DNA from: the human T2T-CHM13v2.0 reference genome, Homo sapiens
Direction: 5' to 3' (one strand)
Length of the DNA stretch: 64,000 bases
Assembly (NCBI RefSeq): GCF_009914755.1
Contig: NC_060928.1
Both the position numbers and the translations under genes were made by a program. Under the pieces are notes generated by a model. That model was not told the DNA's origin, did not search any database, and saw nothing but the letters and a program-made list of their open reading frames with translations. Below, in pieces: positions 62,171 to 64,000 of the stretch (positions are counted from its first letter, which is position 1; the number at the start of each line of letters is the position of its first letter).

Positions 62171-64000
62171 ATCTACTACACCCAAAACTATAGATCTTTT
62201 TGTATAAATAATACTAATATCAACTTTATAGCATTTTTAAAAATATCTGTATGACCAAAAAGAAAATAGATGTAAATAATGTCTTGAGTTTTCAAGTTAA
62301 TAAATTTACTAAAATACTCTTAAAAGTAGAATAATACAAATATTTTATTGTCAAAACTATTTTTACATTTTACAATTATTAAAGGAGATAAACTGTTTTA
62401 CTGAAACTTTTATTATGTCATATTTTAAAAGAGAAATAGTAAATCTCAGAAACTTTGACAGCAATAATCATAATCTAAGATGTGTAAACTATAATGAAAT
62501 CTGTTATTCAATTATAATCCTGATAAACATCCTCAAGTGATAGTGGAAAGTTATAGATTTCTAGGAGATCATCTAGTTTGCTATGTTGCTCTCCACTCTT
62601 AAGTTAAATACAGCTTTCATGAACTTGATGAAGGAGTATTAAATGGTTATTTTGTTTCAAATAAAATCTTGGTACTTTAGAAAAACTTTTAACATTTTTT
62701 AAACTGCATATACAGTGGCATAAACCATGTTTTCGAGAAAAATTTTGAAAATTTGTTGGCCAATCAATTATTTGACTTTTTCAAAGCACAATATATTTGG
62801 CAGCTTCCTGAACCATTCCATGCTTTGACTTAGCCAGTGTGAATGGATTATAGATGTCTTGCCACAACTTTGTCCTCTAATGTGGAAAATTTGATTGTTG
62901 TTTTACTAGTAGACTTACCTAATGCACACAATGTGTCCAAAGTGAGCCTATAAGAAAGTATTAAAAAAAAACCTAAATAACTCAGAAGGTAAAACATGAA
63001 AACAACAGCTTGTTTTCATCAAGTCATAAAAATTAAATTATAGAAAGGGGTGAAACTATTTATCCAAACCCTGAACAGAGGAATACAGTTCAAAATAACA
63101 ATAATGTAGAAATAGATCAAATTTAGCATACATAAATACGGAGATATAGTGAGATGAATATATTTTGACAGTGGGAATTGGTACTTAGGAAAATTACTTG
63201 GAAGTATGTAGCAAGAATTTCTAAAATGTGTTGTTTTCTTTTTTTCTTTTTGAACCAGTAATTTCAATTCCTGAAGACATAATATGTAGGATGGTTGAGG
63301 AAATATCTCAGTATCTTGACAAAGGTGCTCTTACCAATGTTACATATAAAGTGAAATATTGTAAATAACCTATTGAGGTTCAACAATAAAAGAGAACATA
63401 AAATAAAAGGTGAGCATTTGAGTAACACTTGTAAATACTTAGAAGTTGTGCTGCTATAATGTGAAATGGTAAACATAGAGATATAAAATTTTATATGTAC
63501 CAACTTTTTAAAAATGTTATCAGAAATTATTGGCTATTAAAACACCAAAATATTAGTTGTAATTGCTTCTGGGTAATGAGATTATATGTACTTGTAATTT
63601 TATCCTTACATTTTCTGTGTATCCAAAACTTTTCAAAGTAAGAACAAGTCACTCTTATATAATAATAAAAGAAAATTTCAAAATTAAAAATATACACACA
63701 TATACACAATTATTTTTAACTAGAGAAATTCAGGAGCAACTAAATTTTAAAACACCCAAAAGAATATTTTCTGTGAGTTATTGACATTCTTTGATTGGCA
63801 CAATACAGATTTGAACATCTTTCATAATATTTACACATTTTACTTATATTTCCCTTGTTTGTGGACTATAATGGACTATACTTAATAGACTATAAACATG
63901 TTTAGCACAGTGATAGCACAACCTCTATGGTCTATCTGCTCTCATTATGTTCTCAGCCAATAATTGTTACATTGAAATTTGGAATTAAATATATTGGCTA

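Noticed and set aside
63863-63895. GACTATA repeated three times with short spacers
   Set aside because: Too short and irregular for an array; ordinary slippage.

Overview
Primate genomic DNA, most likely human or another catarrhine given AluY and an LTR17/HERV-W LTR. It is AT-rich, gene-poor and dominated by nested transposable elements. I found no intact cellular protein-coding gene, RNA gene or CRISPR array; nearly all ORFs in the track are decayed retroelement fragments or chance frames. Main elements: (i) a minus-strand HERV-I/HERVIP10-like provirus (1520-~9192) with degenerate gag-pro-pol-env and a 3' LTR but no 5' LTR; (ii) two full LTR-int-LTR THE1 (MaLR) elements with perfect 5-bp target-site duplications (TSDs); (iii) a near full-length L1PB carrying a solo LTR17 in its 5' UTR; (iv) an ancient ERV-L internal region split by two L1s; (v) a Tigger1 DNA transposon interrupted by a THE1 and by a two-LTR HERV-K(HML-5)/LTR22 provirus with a tRNA-Met PBS and an RT deletion; (vi) Alu, L2, MIR, MLT and L1M copies. 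Family names are recalled from consensus sequences, not searched, so subfamilies and boundaries without TSDs are approximate. I cannot support a new biological system here. The best leads are three hairpin-plus-duplication repair scars, DUX4-type motifs in THE1 LTRs with a downstream splice donor, a candidate 18-nt microexon and a CaaX-ending small ORF; all are hypotheses.
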